Sequence record: JN849462.1
Strand: one strand, 5' to 3'
Length of the DNA stretch: 64,000 nucleotides
Shown: in pieces, positions 19,919 through 30,649 of the stretch
How the letters are laid out: the number at the start of each line of letters is the position of its first letter
How positions within the stretch are numbered: position 1 is the stretch's first letter
Notes under the pieces: generated by a model
What the model saw: only the letters and a program-made list of their open reading frames with translations
Databases searched by the model: none
What the model was told of the DNA's origin: nothing
Program-made: the position numbers and the translations under genes

Positions 19919-20971
19919 TCATTTCACCATTTTGATTTGAATCTGATTGTCCATGTAAGCCATTTTCTTTTCAAATTCAACATCATATTCTGGTCGATGT
20001 TCGTATTCGACTGAAAGCATTTGCTTCAGACAACGGTACAATTCCGACTTGTAATACCCTTCTTTCATTCCCTTCATCTGTTCATATTGCTTTTTCATAG
20101 CAGCTTTGATTATCTTCGGGTCCATGAATTTGATTGACATTTCTCGCGGTGCTTTTACTGTGCCAAAGTCAACAAACACCTGAGCCTTTTCAGCTACTTG
20201 AATGAAGTCATAAATCGTGTCATAACTCATTCGACTTAGCGTGTGGTGCATACAAACATGTTTGCTATGTTCTTTTAGCAACGGTACATTTGCAAGCATC
20301 AAGTCGTGGTCGATGTTCTGACGAATGTATTCGTTGCGCTCTTTTCCGCCGTCACATGAAATTGTAAACACTAGACGATGTTTGTACTTTTTACATATGG
20401 CTAGAATCTTCTTCGCAAGTGGCGTATGCAACACAGTACCATTTGTCAGAATGTAAACTTCCGCATTTGTTTCTTCCATGACTTCAGTCAGAACTTCGAC
20501 TGTTCTCTTGTCCATGAACGGTTCGCCGCCGTATAGCACAACAGTTTCAACACCCTTCGGGATACTGAAATCGAGTTGTGTGTAATCGTAATGGTCGTCA
20601 ATGTCATACAAGTCCATGTATGTTTTGCTATTCTTGCCATAGCACATTCGACACGCTAGGTTACATTTGTTTGACATCAATATTTGAATTGTTCTAGGAT
20701 GCTCTTCGAGTGCTTCATATTCGAAGTACTTCTGATCAGACAATTCGCCATAACTCATACATTCTTTGCAGTATTCTGGTAAAGTGTCATACTCAAACAT
20801 TTTGGCACGATGTTCATTGATGATGTCACTGTGCCACCAGTCTTCAACGTTCGGGAATGGTTCACTTAGCTGAGAACAGCAAATGTGATACCCATCAGGT
20901 TTTGCGTCACGTGTATTAAAGGGAGAGCCACAAAGTGGTCTCTTCCCGTCTTTAAATCCGAATTTATCCAT
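19919..20971 (-). CDS. radical SAM protein with N-terminal Cys-rich (twitch-like) segment
   Basis: CNLACRMC, LYGGEP, LTNGT, ISCDG. Confidence 0.85.
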   Translation of the reverse strand: MDKFGFKDGKRPLCGSPFNTRDAKPDGYHICCSQLSEPFPNVEDWWHSDIINEHRAKMFEYDTLPEYCKECMSYGELSDQKYFEYEALEEHPRTIQILMSNKCNLACRMCYGKNSKTYMDLYDIDDHYDYTQLDFSIPKGVETVVLYGGEPFMDKRTVEVLTEVMEETNAEVYILTNGTVLHTPLAKKILAICKKYKHRLVFTISCDGGKERNEYIRQNIDHDLMLANVPLLKEHSKHVCMHHTLSRMSYDTIYDFIQVAEKAQVFVDFGTVKAPREMSIKFMDPKIIKAAMKKQYEQMKGMKEGYYKSELYRCLKQMLSVEYEHRPEYDVEFEKKMAYMDNQIQIKMVK

Positions 20972-21243
20972 TAATCTAGCTCATCAAGAAGTGATTGAAA
21001 TTCCTCGTCGCGTTCAGCGTCGATTGTACCAGTCATCAACTCTGTTAGAGTCTTCAACGACTTGATCTCTGGTGGTTGAGGGCGTAGATCTTCGAGAATG
21101 TGAATGATTGACTCGGCTGGGAGATCGTGATTTACGATCTCATCTGGCAGGTGGTGTTTGTAAACGCAGTCGTCGCCCCAATCAATAACTACTGCATGTT
21201 CCCATTTGTCGATTTCTAGTATTTTAAAATTTGGTTTCATCAT
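20971..21243 (-). CDS. hypothetical protein
   Basis: Coupled between the GT and radical SAM genes. Confidence 0.5.
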   Translation of the reverse strand: MMKPNFKILEIDKWEHAVVIDWGDDCVYKHHLPDEIVNHDLPAESIIHILEDLRPQPPEIKSLKTLTELMTGTIDAERDEEFQSLLDELD

Positions 21244-22241
21244 AAGCCCCAGAGTTCTTTCCAATGTGTTTTAGCATCTTGTCGATACTTCTCAATGTCA
21301 AATTTTTGATATTTCTGTTCGATTGCATCATCAATGACGCGAATCAACGTATCATTGTTTATATCAGCACGAATCACTGGGAAAATAAAATCCCTTGTGT
21401 AAGGTGCGTCATGCTGAACAATACAAGGTATGTACTGACATGCTTCTAATAACGCATATGGCATAATCTCGATTCGAGACATGTGAAGCAACACTTTACT
21501 TTTCATCATATGTGCTATGACTCGCTCACGCCGTTGACAAGTTTCGACTATACAATCAACCCCACTCGGGATTCTTATTGGTTCGGTTGTGAATAGACGA
21601 ATTTTAAGACCGCTGTATGCAAGCGCGTTTAGCATTTCGGGTATCTGCTTACGTTTGTATGCACCTGACACGATAATCACGTCAGACGCTTCAGCAGCGT
21701 CAATATCAGCTTGTGATATAGACGGAAGCTCAAATGGTTCAAATGCAGTCACATGTTTGCCACCAATTACTTCTCGACCCCATTGTGCAATCCCGTTCGA
21801 TTGAGCAATGTTAGTGACTAATGACGTTGACATCATGTGTCGCCATTGAGGTAAGTTGTAAATTTGATGAATGTCCATGTATTCGCGATATGAATCTGGT
21901 ACTATCAAGTCACCGAAATGATGTTGGTTGTAACAACGGCGCTTCGCTTCGATACATGCGCGGAGTGCTTCATATGAATGCGTGTAGATAATCGCTTCGC
22001 TATCAATCGCGTTGATAACCATTGCGTTTGCCTTGTAGTCTTTATAAGACCGTTTCGTTAAAATGAAGTCACACCCGAAATCCCATTTGCTCACGTGTGG
22101 ACACGATTCGTCTCCGAGTACAATAACTTTGACATCACAGTTTAGTGATTGCATTAAACGAACGTGATCTTGAATGAATGTGTAAATACCGCCGCCAATT
22201 CCCAACATAAAGTCAGTTACTACGTAGCGAACTTTTTTCAT
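21240..22241 (-). CDS. GT4-like glycosyltransferase
   Basis: N-terminal GIGGG and C-terminal SRIEIMPYALLEA (E-x7-E). Confidence 0.65.
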   Translation of the reverse strand: MKKVRYVVTDFMLGIGGGIYTFIQDHVRLMQSLNCDVKVIVLGDESCPHVSKWDFGCDFILTKRSYKDYKANAMVINAIDSEAIIYTHSYEALRACIEAKRRCYNQHHFGDLIVPDSYREYMDIHQIYNLPQWRHMMSTSLVTNIAQSNGIAQWGREVIGGKHVTAFEPFELPSISQADIDAAEASDVIIVSGAYKRKQIPEMLNALAYSGLKIRLFTTEPIRIPSGVDCIVETCQRRERVIAHMMKSKVLLHMSRIEIMPYALLEACQYIPCIVQHDAPYTRDFIFPVIRADINNDTLIRVIDDAIEQKYQKFDIEKYRQDAKTHWKELWGL

Positions 22242-22310
22242 AAAAAGTGTTGACTCCTACTGTGTTTGTCTGTAGACTAATTGTATCTCAAGCAGACTGG
22301 GAATTAAACA

Positions 22311-22517
22311 ATGCGACTATTATCTCAAGACCTAGTTCGCTTACGTGTAGAAGAGCTACCGTTCGTGAATTTAAGTGTTGAAACGCAGATCAAAATATGC
22401 GATTATCTCAACACGCTCGACGATGAGACTATTTACTCGCTTGAGAAGCATACTGAGACACCGCAAGGTGCAAGAAAACTATTAAACTTTTTATTAAAGA
22501 AGATTGGAGACACATAA
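22311..22517 (+). CDS. hypothetical protein
   Basis: Follows a TTGACT promoter. Confidence 0.45.
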   Translation: MRLLSQDLVRLRVEELPFVNLSVETQIKICDYLNTLDDETIYSLEKHTETPQGARKLLNFLLKKIGDT

Positions 22518-22518
22518 T

Positions 22519-22995
22519 ATGGCATATGAATCAGTTTTTAACGGTACAAACCGTTACAAAGTTCTACGTGAAGGTCGTGAATACATCAACAAAGTTGCAC
22601 ATCGTCATGGCGCAGTTGACAAAGGTATTTACGTCACTATGGACTATCACGTGATTGATCGCATCATGGATCATTCGTTCCCTGCACGTGTATTTGAAAT
22701 CATCGTTGGTCGATTGATCAAAAATCACCAAGACGAGATTTTGAAAATCGCGAATATGCCAGCAGAAGAACGACCGAAGCACATCAATGTGTACGGCAAC
22801 AAGCCAGATTCACCGTACATGGTTGGCATTACAATCAACAAAGCGCAAACAGGTAAAGTTTATGTGAACTTGAGAACGTGCTATAAAGAACGCAACAGCA
22901 AATACCGTCAACGCATCATCGAAGCATACAAGATTCGTGTAAAATCTTCTTCAGAACTTGAAGGCGCAGAAAGTGAGGTTGATTCAGATCAATAA
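22519..22995 (+). CDS. hypothetical protein
   Basis: GGAG RBS. Confidence 0.55.
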   Translation: MAYESVFNGTNRYKVLREGREYINKVAHRHGAVDKGIYVTMDYHVIDRIMDHSFPARVFEIIVGRLIKNHQDEILKIANMPAEERPKHINVYGNKPDSPYMVGITINKAQTGKVYVNLRTCYKERNSKYRQRIIEAYKIRVKSSSELEGAESEVDSDQ

Positions 22996-23027
22996 ATAGA
23001 AAACAATTAACAAACGAGGGAATTTTG

Positions 23028-25253
23028 ATGCTTGTAGTGAAGTCTTCTGGCATTACAGAAGAATTTGAAGAAAGTAAATTGATGCGCGTACTTGGTGACG
23101 CATGTAAGAATACGACAATTGATCCACATCAATTACTTGCCCGCGTGAAAGCTCAACTTAGCGACGGGATGACGAGCAAAGACATTCAAAAGGCAGCGAT
23201 CAAAATCGCTGCCGATAGCATTTCAGTAGAAGAGCCAGATTATCAATACGTCGCGGCTCGACTGGCTATGTATGGTCTTCGCAAAGATGTATATGGTCAA
23301 TTCGACCCTATTCCATTCAAACAACTCATTGAAAGAAACACTGCAATCGAAGTTTACGATTCAGAGATTCTTGAAAAATGGTCAGACTCAGAACTAGAAT
23401 ACCTAGAATCTCAAGTCAAGCATGAACGCGACTTTGATTTTGCATATGCGGGTGTAATGCAATTCAAAGAAAAATACTTGTGCAAAAACCGTGGTACTGG
23501 TGCGATTTACGAAACACCGCAATATGCTTACATGCTCATTGCTATGTGTTTGCACCAAGAAGAGAAATTCGACCGATTAAAGCACGTTATTGACTTTTAC
23601 AACGCTGTTTCAACTCAAAAACTTTCACTACCTACACCGATTATGGCAGGCGTTCGTACCCCGACACGTCAATTTAGCTCGTGTGTGAAAATCGAATCTG
23701 GCGACTCGCTGCGTTCGATCAACAAGGTATCTGAAGCTATCGTTGATTACATCAGTAAGCGTGCGGGTATTGGCGTAAACGGTGGTGCAATTCGAGCAGA
23801 GGGTTCGGTTGTACGTGCGGGTGAGATTCGTCACACTGGTGTGATTCCGTTCTGGAAACACTTTCAGACGGCGGTTAAATCGTGTTCTCAAGGTGGTGTA
23901 CGTGGCGGTGCTGCGACTCTGACTTACCCGATCTGGCACTTAGAAGTAGAAAAGCTTCTTGTTCTGAAGAACAACAAAGGTGTTGAAGAGAACCGTATTC
24001 GTCATCTTGACTACAGCGTATCAATTAACCGATTGATGATGCAACGTCTGGTTAATAACGAATACATCACGTTATTCAGCCCCGATGAGCGTCACGGTGC
24101 TATTTACGGTGAGTATCACACAAACCCAGAAGAGTTTGAGCGTCTTTACCTAGAGCTTGAAGCTGATCCGAAAGTGCGCAAGAAACGCATCAAAGCAACT
24201 GAACTATTCAGTATCTTTGGTCAAGAGCGTTCAAGTACGGGTCGTATCTACCCGATCTTCGTAGATAACTTGAATGCACAGTCACCGTACATCGAAGCGA
24301 TCAAGCAATCGAACTTGTGTATGGAAATCGCGCTACCTACGTACCCGCTTGGTACTTCATATGAAGAAATCGCACTTTGTACGCTTGCTGCTTACAACTT
24401 AGGTGCAATTGAATCGCCAAGTGAATTTGCTCGACTAGCGCCAATCGTTATTCGTGCGCTTGATAATCTACTAGATTACCAAGATTATCCAGTAGAAGCC
24501 GCTGAAAAAGCAAAATATCGTCGCGCATTGGGTATCGGTATCACTAACTTTGCATATTTCTTGGCAAAGAACTTCGTCGGATACGACGCATCAGCTAAGT
24601 ATCTCGTGCATGAATGGATGGAAGCAATGTCTTACTACAACATTCAAGCATCAATGATGTTAGCAAAAGAGCGTGGCGCGAACAAATGGCATCGTAAGAC
24701 GCGCTGGGCTAAAGGTCAGTTGCCAATTGACTGGTACAATAAAAATGTTGATAAGCTTGTCAAGCCGAATTATAATCTAGACTGGGAAGCACTTCGCGCT
24801 GACGTAATTCGTTACGGTATGCGAAATGACACCACTTCAGCTTTCATGCCATGTGAAAGTAGTTCTCAGATTAGCAACAGCACGAACGGTATTGAGCCAC
24901 CACGTGGTCTAGTATCGACTAAGCAATCAAAAGATGGCGTTTTCAACCAAGTTGTGCCTGAAGTTGACTTGCTGAAAGATGAATACGGACTTGCGTGGAA
25001 AGTTTGCGAAAAAGATAACTTTGGTTATCTGACGCTAGTTGCAATCATGCAGAAGTTTGTTGATCAAAGCATTTCAGCGAACCAATATTACGATCCTTCT
25101 AAATTCCCAAATGGGAAGATTCCGATGGAACGTATTTTTGAAGAACTAGCGTTCTGTAGCCATTACGGTATCAAGACTCTTTATTATTCTAACACTCGTG
25201 ACGGTGCTGACGGCACTGAAGACGGGGAAGATTGTGATGGGTGCAAAGTCTGA
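23028..25253 (+). CDS. nrdA: class Ia ribonucleotide reductase alpha subunit
   Basis: ATP cone, PTPIM, QFSSC, NLCME, CTLA, C-terminal CDGCKV. Confidence 0.97.
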   Translation: MLVVKSSGITEEFEESKLMRVLGDACKNTTIDPHQLLARVKAQLSDGMTSKDIQKAAIKIAADSISVEEPDYQYVAARLAMYGLRKDVYGQFDPIPFKQLIERNTAIEVYDSEILEKWSDSELEYLESQVKHERDFDFAYAGVMQFKEKYLCKNRGTGAIYETPQYAYMLIAMCLHQEEKFDRLKHVIDFYNAVSTQKLSLPTPIMAGVRTPTRQFSSCVKIESGDSLRSINKVSEAIVDYISKRAGIGVNGGAIRAEGSVVRAGEIRHTGVIPFWKHFQTAVKSCSQGGVRGGAATLTYPIWHLEVEKLLVLKNNKGVEENRIRHLDYSVSINRLMMQRLVNNEYITLFSPDERHGAIYGEYHTNPEEFERLYLELEADPKVRKKRIKATELFSIFGQERSSTGRIYPIFVDNLNAQSPYIEAIKQSNLCMEIALPTYPLGTSYEEIALCTLAAYNLGAIESPSEFARLAPIVIRALDNLLDYQDYPVEAAEKAKYRRALGIGITNFAYFLAKNFVGYDASAKYLVHEWMEAMSYYNIQASMMLAKERGANKWHRKTRWAKGQLPIDWYNKNVDKLVKPNYNLDWEALRADVIRYGMRNDTTSAFMPCESSSQISNSTNGIEPPRGLVSTKQSKDGVFNQVVPEVDLLKDEYGLAWKVCEKDNFGYLTLVAIMQKFVDQSISANQYYDPSKFPNGKIPMERIFEELAFCSHYGIKTLYYSNTRDGADGTEDGEDCDGCKV

Positions 25254-25264
25254 GGCATGTAAAA

Positions 25265-25272
25265 TATAAATA
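25265..25272 (+). promoter_or_regulatory. T4 late promoter TATAAATA for the HNH gene
   Basis: Exact consensus. Confidence 0.7.
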
Positions 25273-25292
25273 GTTCATATAAGGAGACTCGT

Positions 25293-25964
25293 ATGAACTA
25301 TTTGAAAATTTACGAACAGCTTGTTGATAAACGCAAAAATGAAATTCCATGTGGTTATAGTGAGGTTCATCATATAATCCCTCGCTGTATGGGTGGTAGT
25401 GATGACGAATCTAATTTGATTCGCCTGACTGCACGTGAGCATTTCATTGCTCATGTGTTGTTGAGTAAAGCTTACCCAGATAATATTCGGCTGAAACATG
25501 CTTCGATGATGATGCATGTTTCTCATAACGATAAACGTTATAAATCTTCGCTGTATTATGAAATTGCGAAGAATGCTGTTTCTGAGAGCATGACAATCAA
25601 CAACCCCATGCACAACAAGAGAAATATATCTAAGATGGTTCACACAAAACGACAGCGCGGTCAATATTCAAAGTTCGGGAATTCTGAAGAACAACGAGCA
25701 AGAACAAGCGCCCGTATGAAAGAATCGAACCCAATGAGTGGAAAATCCCCGTGGGAACATAGCAGAGCGACCGAAAAAACTATAGAGCAATGGTCACGCG
25801 CCCCTCAATATTACGAGTGGTGGGTTGAAAATCAACGTTCGTACGCTGCTATGGCGTCTGCATTCGGTGAGAAGTTCAATAGCGTACATATCAACATGTA
25901 TAAAAGATTCGTCAACGGGTGGAATCCCACTCAAGACATTAAATGGGTAGAATATTTTGTCTAA
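25293..25964 (+). mobile_element. free-standing HNH homing endonuclease (MobE-like position)
   Basis: EVHHIIPRCMGG...NLIRLTAREHFIAH; lies between nrdA and nrdB like T4 mobE. Confidence 0.85.
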
Positions 25965-27081
25965 AACGATTTTCAATAAAAATAAGGTTGACCATCTTGG
26001 TCAACCTCTTTTCTTGGGCGAAGACCCAAACATTTCACGATTCGAAACGGTAAAACACGGCGTATTCGAACAGCTTACAGAAAAACAACTTTCATTCTTC
26101 TGGCGACCAGAAGAAGTCGATTTGACTCTTGACTCTCAAGAATTTGATCGAATGCCCGAACACTGGAAACACGTGTTCACGCAAAATCTGAAGTATCAAT
26201 CACTGCTAGACTCAGTGCAGGGTCGTGCGCCTAATATCGCGTTCTTGCCTATCTGTAGTGACAACTCGCTTGAAAACTGGATCACGACGTGGGACTTCAG
26301 TGAAACTATTCACAGTCGCTCTTACACGCACATCATGCGCAACTTGTATTCAAACCCGAGTGCGGTGTTTGACGAAATTGTTCTTGACAAGTCAATCATG
26401 GCACGTGCTGAAGCAGTTACCGAGCATTATGACAAGCTAATTGCCGAAACGCAAAAGCTAAATCAGCTCAAAACTATGAATCTAGATGAAGCTCACATTC
26501 TTATGCAAGAGAGTGCAGTGAAAGAAGCTCTTTATCTGTGTATGCACGCAGTAAATGCTCTTGAAGCTATTCGATTCTACGTTTCATTCGCGTGTACGTT
26601 CAACTTTGCCGAGCAAGGCATTATGGAAGGTAACGCTAAAGTAATGAAGCTGATTGCCCGTGATGAACAGCTTCACTTGAAAGGTACACAAGCGTTAATC
26701 AGCATCTGGCAGAACTACAAAGACGATCCAGAAATGGCAGAAATTTCGCTTCGTCTTCAACCAGAAGCCGAAAAGATTTTCATGCAAGTCGTTGATCAAG
26801 AGAAAGAATGGGCACATTCTCTGTTCTCACAAGGTACAGTTCCAGGTCTAAACGCTCAAATTCTTTGTGAATATGTTGAATATCTTGCAGATAGTCGTAT
26901 GCGTTCAGTTGGTTTGAATAGTCCGTACCCTCGACGTAAACATCCACTTCCATGGATTCGTAAGTGGCTAAATAGTGATTCAGTACAAGTGGCAGCGCAA
27001 GAAGCTGAACTTAGTTCGTACCTTGTTGGTCAGATTGACTCGACAGTACGCCCTGAATTCCTAAAAACGTTAGAGGTGTAA
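25957..27081 (+). CDS. nrdB: ribonucleotide reductase beta subunit
   Basis: FFWRPEEV, ETIHSRSY, EAIRFYVSF, RDEQLH; TTG start. Confidence 0.97.
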   Translation: MSKTIFNKNKVDHLGQPLFLGEDPNISRFETVKHGVFEQLTEKQLSFFWRPEEVDLTLDSQEFDRMPEHWKHVFTQNLKYQSLLDSVQGRAPNIAFLPICSDNSLENWITTWDFSETIHSRSYTHIMRNLYSNPSAVFDEIVLDKSIMARAEAVTEHYDKLIAETQKLNQLKTMNLDEAHILMQESAVKEALYLCMHAVNALEAIRFYVSFACTFNFAEQGIMEGNAKVMKLIARDEQLHLKGTQALISIWQNYKDDPEMAEISLRLQPEAEKIFMQVVDQEKEWAHSLFSQGTVPGLNAQILCEYVEYLADSRMRSVGLNSPYPRRKHPLPWIRKWLNSDSVQVAAQEAELSSYLVGQIDSTVRPEFLKTLEV

Positions 27082-27082
27082 T

Positions 27083-27382
27083 TTGGTAGAAATATTTGGT
27101 TGGGACGAAAGCGATTTTCGCTGCGTTCCTTGCTTGAAAGCAAAACGACTAGCTGAAACACGCGGCATGATCTTTGACTTCATCCCGCTTGCAAAAGAAA
27201 AGGTAACAGACGCACACAAACACAATCGAGAAGAACTAGAAAGGCGAATGCATGAAATGGGTAAAGAGCTAAAGACTCTTCCTCAAGTGTTCTTCGACGG
27301 TGTTCATGTGGGTGGTTTTGACGACTTCAAGGCTAAGATACATTCCATTGAAGAAGCTCGTTGGGATGCACGCATCAAATAA
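27083..27382 (+). CDS. nrdC: glutaredoxin/thioredoxin (NrdC-like)
   Basis: CVPC, TLPQVF, VGGFDD; directly after nrdB. Confidence 0.8.
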   Translation: MVEIFGWDESDFRCVPCLKAKRLAETRGMIFDFIPLAKEKVTDAHKHNREELERRMHEMGKELKTLPQVFFDGVHVGGFDDFKAKIHSIEEARWDARIK

Positions 27383-27456
27383 TTAAAGAAAAGGGTTGAC
27401 ACATGTCAGCCCTTTTTTGTATGCTTCGTTTGCTAAATCGACAAAGAGTGAGAAAT

Positions 27457-28029
27457 ATGAAAAAGCTAATGACACTGCTTCTAGCAGTTTGCGCGTTCAA
27501 TGCATCTGCAAGCAATGTATGTCACGTCAAGTTCAACGGTCAAGAACTATCCGAGAAGCAATGGCACAATGTTCGTGCTGTGTTCATCAACGGTTGGTAC
27601 AATGACTTGAGTTGGTCACTTGCTGCTATCGCTATTGTCGAATCTAGTGCTGGTGAGCAAATGATTAACAATCGAACGAAAGATTATGGTTTGATGCAAA
27701 ACAACATCAAAACTGCGACTGCTCGATTGAAACGTTGGGAGAAAGCAGGTCGAGACTTCGGTCCCTATGATCTCAACAATCCAGAAGATGTAAAAACAAT
27801 ATTGCTTACTGACCGTACGGTTTCCGTTCAGCTTGCCATTGAAGAGCTTGAATACTGGAAGAAGATACGCGGTAAAAACAACTGGCGTGAAATCTATGCG
27901 AGTTACAATGGGGGTTTTTACAAAGATAAAACATGGGAAGCGCGTGCTGAAAAGTACTCTGACAAAATTGTAATGACTATGCGCAAACTAAAACCTTGCA
28001 AAGAGCAACTATTGAGAGGGTTATACTAA
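27457..28029 (+). CDS. secreted SLT/lysozyme-like transglycosylase
   Basis: Signal peptide; AIAIVESSAG, YGLMQ, SYNGG. Confidence 0.75.
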   Translation: MKKLMTLLLAVCAFNASASNVCHVKFNGQELSEKQWHNVRAVFINGWYNDLSWSLAAIAIVESSAGEQMINNRTKDYGLMQNNIKTATARLKRWEKAGRDFGPYDLNNPEDVKTILLTDRTVSVQLAIEELEYWKKIRGKNNWREIYASYNGGFYKDKTWEARAEKYSDKIVMTMRKLKPCKEQLLRGLY

Positions 28030-28214
28030 TGGGACAGATATTAATTTGGGCAACTGCATGGGCTATTGTGATGAACAATCAGTGGATGTTGAAAATCTTT
28101 TGCACGTTTGGCTGGCACACGTGGGAATACACAAAGGGTAGTAAGCGTGTATGTAAGCATTGCCAGAAGCGTCAAAGCCTAATTCGTGTCGGTAATGACA
28201 CTGAATGGAAATAA
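28029..28214 (+). CDS. small Cys/His protein
   Basis: FCTFGWHTW...CKHC. Confidence 0.45.
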   Translation: MGQILIWATAWAIVMNNQWMLKIFCTFGWHTWEYTKGSKRVCKHCQKRQSLIRVGNDTEWK

Positions 28215-28312
28215 ATTAAAAAAATGAAAAAAGTGGTTGCGTTGGTCTCAAAAATCATTAATATAGACGGTGTTGAAGAGAACAACGCAACTAACTAAAG
28301 AGAGAACATTAT

Positions 28313-29317
28313 ATGCAAGCTATCATCACTAACGCACTTTACCGCAACACTGAAATCAACGGCACTTACACTCTAATCGAGAAAGTTTGGAATAGCTCAG
28401 ACGCAGCACCAAAAAATGGTCGTATGAAAATCATGCTTGACGGCGCAGTACGTACTATTCGCGTTAACAAAGAAGACGTGCAATACGTTGATGAAGCTGA
28501 CGCATCACAAACAGCAATCCCTGCACTTGCACCAGTGATTGAAGCTGAAACTGAAGAGCAAATCGCACAACGCATCACTGAAGCGTTTGAAGCAATGGAC
28601 ATTTTCACAATCGGTGCTATCGCTGGTCACGTTAAATCACTAATTATCTCTGGTGCAGCAGGTGTTGGTAAGACGTTCACACTTGAGCGCGAACTAAACA
28701 AAGCTCAAGAACGCGGTGACATCAACTTCAAGAAAGTTGCTGGTACATGTTCTGGTATCGGTCTGTTCACTAAGCTTTGGGAATGTCGCAACCCAGGTGA
28801 TGTTCTTCTTCTAGATGACGTAGACGTTTTCAAAGACGAAGATCAGCTAAACCTTCTTAAAGCAGCACTAGACACTGGTGAAGAGCGTTGGGTTTCTTGG
28901 ATGAAAGCAAGTTCTTACCTAGAAGAGCAAGGTATCGACCAAGAATTCTTGTTTGAAGGTACAGTAATCTTTATCTCAAACAAAGACTTCGACCGCGAAC
29001 TTGATGCAAACACAAAGTTATCACCGCACTTCAGCGCACTGATTTCACGTAGCATCTACCTTGACCTTGGTGTTCACACTAAAGAAGAAATCATGGTTCG
29101 CATCAAGCAAGTTGTTACAGCAACTACAATGCTCGAAGACCTTGGTCTAAACGGTGAGCAGATTGCTGAAATGCTAGTGTGGATTGAAAAGCACATGCTT
29201 GAACTGCGTACACTATCACTACGCACATGTTTACACATTGCAGACATGATGCTAACATCGCCTACTAAATGGGAAATGCTTGCGAAGATGACTATGCTAT
29301 CTAAGAAGCGTAAATAA
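28313..29317 (+). CDS. AAA+ ATPase, early
   Basis: Walker A GAAGVGKT, Walker B LLLDD, sensor ISN, SRS. Confidence 0.8.
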   Translation: MQAIITNALYRNTEINGTYTLIEKVWNSSDAAPKNGRMKIMLDGAVRTIRVNKEDVQYVDEADASQTAIPALAPVIEAETEEQIAQRITEAFEAMDIFTIGAIAGHVKSLIISGAAGVGKTFTLERELNKAQERGDINFKKVAGTCSGIGLFTKLWECRNPGDVLLLDDVDVFKDEDQLNLLKAALDTGEERWVSWMKASSYLEEQGIDQEFLFEGTVIFISNKDFDRELDANTKLSPHFSALISRSIYLDLGVHTKEEIMVRIKQVVTATTMLEDLGLNGEQIAEMLVWIEKHMLELRTLSLRTCLHIADMMLTSPTKWEMLAKMTMLSKKRK

Positions 29318-29362
29318 ACTCTTTGAGGGGCTGAAAAGCCCCGTTTTTCATATGAGGGATAT

Positions 29363-30649
29363 ATGCAACGTACACTATCAAGTATCGTTAATGACGAAGC
29401 GTTAGAATACGCTATGTATACCATCGAGAACCGCGCACTGGCAAACGGGATTGATGGACTTAAACCTGTTCAGCGATTTGTTCTGTACAACGTGATTAAA
29501 GACGCTAGTACATCGTTTGACAAGGTCGCAGCGTTAGGTAGCTCAGTATCAAAGATTGGTTACAATCACGGTGAGACTTCGGCACAAGACGCTCTAGCAC
29601 TAATGGCAGCAGAATGGCAGAACAATGTCCCGATTGTACAAGGTCGCGGCAACTTCGGTTCTCGAATGGTTAAAGAGTCGGCTTCTGCTCGTTACGTTTA
29701 TGCAAAACTGCATGACAATTTTGATCTGTACTTCAAAGACATTCACTTGTCGCCTGAACATAAAGATCTCGAACACGTACCGCCACAGTTTTATGTGCCT
29801 GTACTTCCGATGATTCTCATGAACGGTGTTCAAGGGATTGCGACGGGTTTCGCGTGTAACATTCTACCCCATGACCCTGAGTGGGTTAAGAAAGCTGTTC
29901 TTGAATATCTAGCGGGTAAAGAAATCAGCGAACCAGTTGTTAAGTTCCCTGAGTTTTACGGCAAGATTGAAAAGCTCGAACATAACAAATATGCTCAGAT
30001 TGGTACAGTTGAAATTAGCGGTCTGACTGCGGTTGTTACTGAAATCCCGACAGGATTCGATCACGCGAAATACATCATTGAACTTGACAAACTCGTTGAG
30101 AAAGGTAAAATCAGTAGCTACGTAGACGAGACTAGCGAAACGTTTCAGTTTCGTGTGCGATTCAAACGTGGCGCGAAGATGACTGAAGAATCTGTAATCA
30201 AGACTCTGAAGCTGCAAAGCACATTCACGCAGAACATCAACGTCATCGACGAGAACTATCAAATTCGTCATTTTGACGACGTGAGAGAACTTGTGAAGTG
30301 GTTTGTTGATTTTCGCATGTCGTTCTTACCTAAACGCATTCAAGACTCGACAGAGCGCACAGAGAAGCGTGCTTCTCTAGCAATTGCAAAAGTTGAGTTT
30401 ATCAAACGTGTTGTTTCGGGTACAATTATATTATTCGGTAAGAAGCGTGCTGAAGTAGCAGCAGAACTTAAAGCCGATGAAGCATTTTCTGAGCATGTTA
30501 CAGAGCTTCTAAATATGTCGGTCGACAAAATGACTGACGATGAGATTGCTCGTCTTGAGAAAGATGCCGCAGTAGCTCAGAAAGAACTTTCCTACTGGCA
30601 GAAAACAACTGCACAGAAAGAGTTTATCAAAGACATCAAGGCAATATAA
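29363..30649 (+). CDS. 52: DNA topoisomerase II medium subunit (gp52)
   Basis: DGLKPVQR, YNHGE, GRGNFGS, ASARY catalytic Tyr. Confidence 0.95.
   Translation: MQRTLSSIVNDEALEYAMYTIENRALANGIDGLKPVQRFVLYNVIKDASTSFDKVAALGSSVSKIGYNHGETSAQDALALMAAEWQNNVPIVQGRGNFGSRMVKESASARYVYAKLHDNFDLYFKDIHLSPEHKDLEHVPPQFYVPVLPMILMNGVQGIATGFACNILPHDPEWVKKAVLEYLAGKEISEPVVKFPEFYGKIEKLEHNKYAQIGTVEISGLTAVVTEIPTGFDHAKYIIELDKLVEKGKISSYVDETSETFQFRVRFKRGAKMTEESVIKTLKLQSTFTQNINVIDENYQIRHFDDVRELVKWFVDFRMSFLPKRIQDSTERTEKRASLAIAKVEFIKRVVSGTIILFGKKRAEVAAELKADEAFSEHVTELLNMSVDKMTDDEIARLEKDAAVAQKELSYWQKTTAQKEFIKDIKAI

Noticed and set aside
25293-25964. HNH between nrdA and nrdB as a novel finding or an intron
   Set aside because: Both nrd genes are intact, and a free-standing HNH at this site is known from T4 (mobE).
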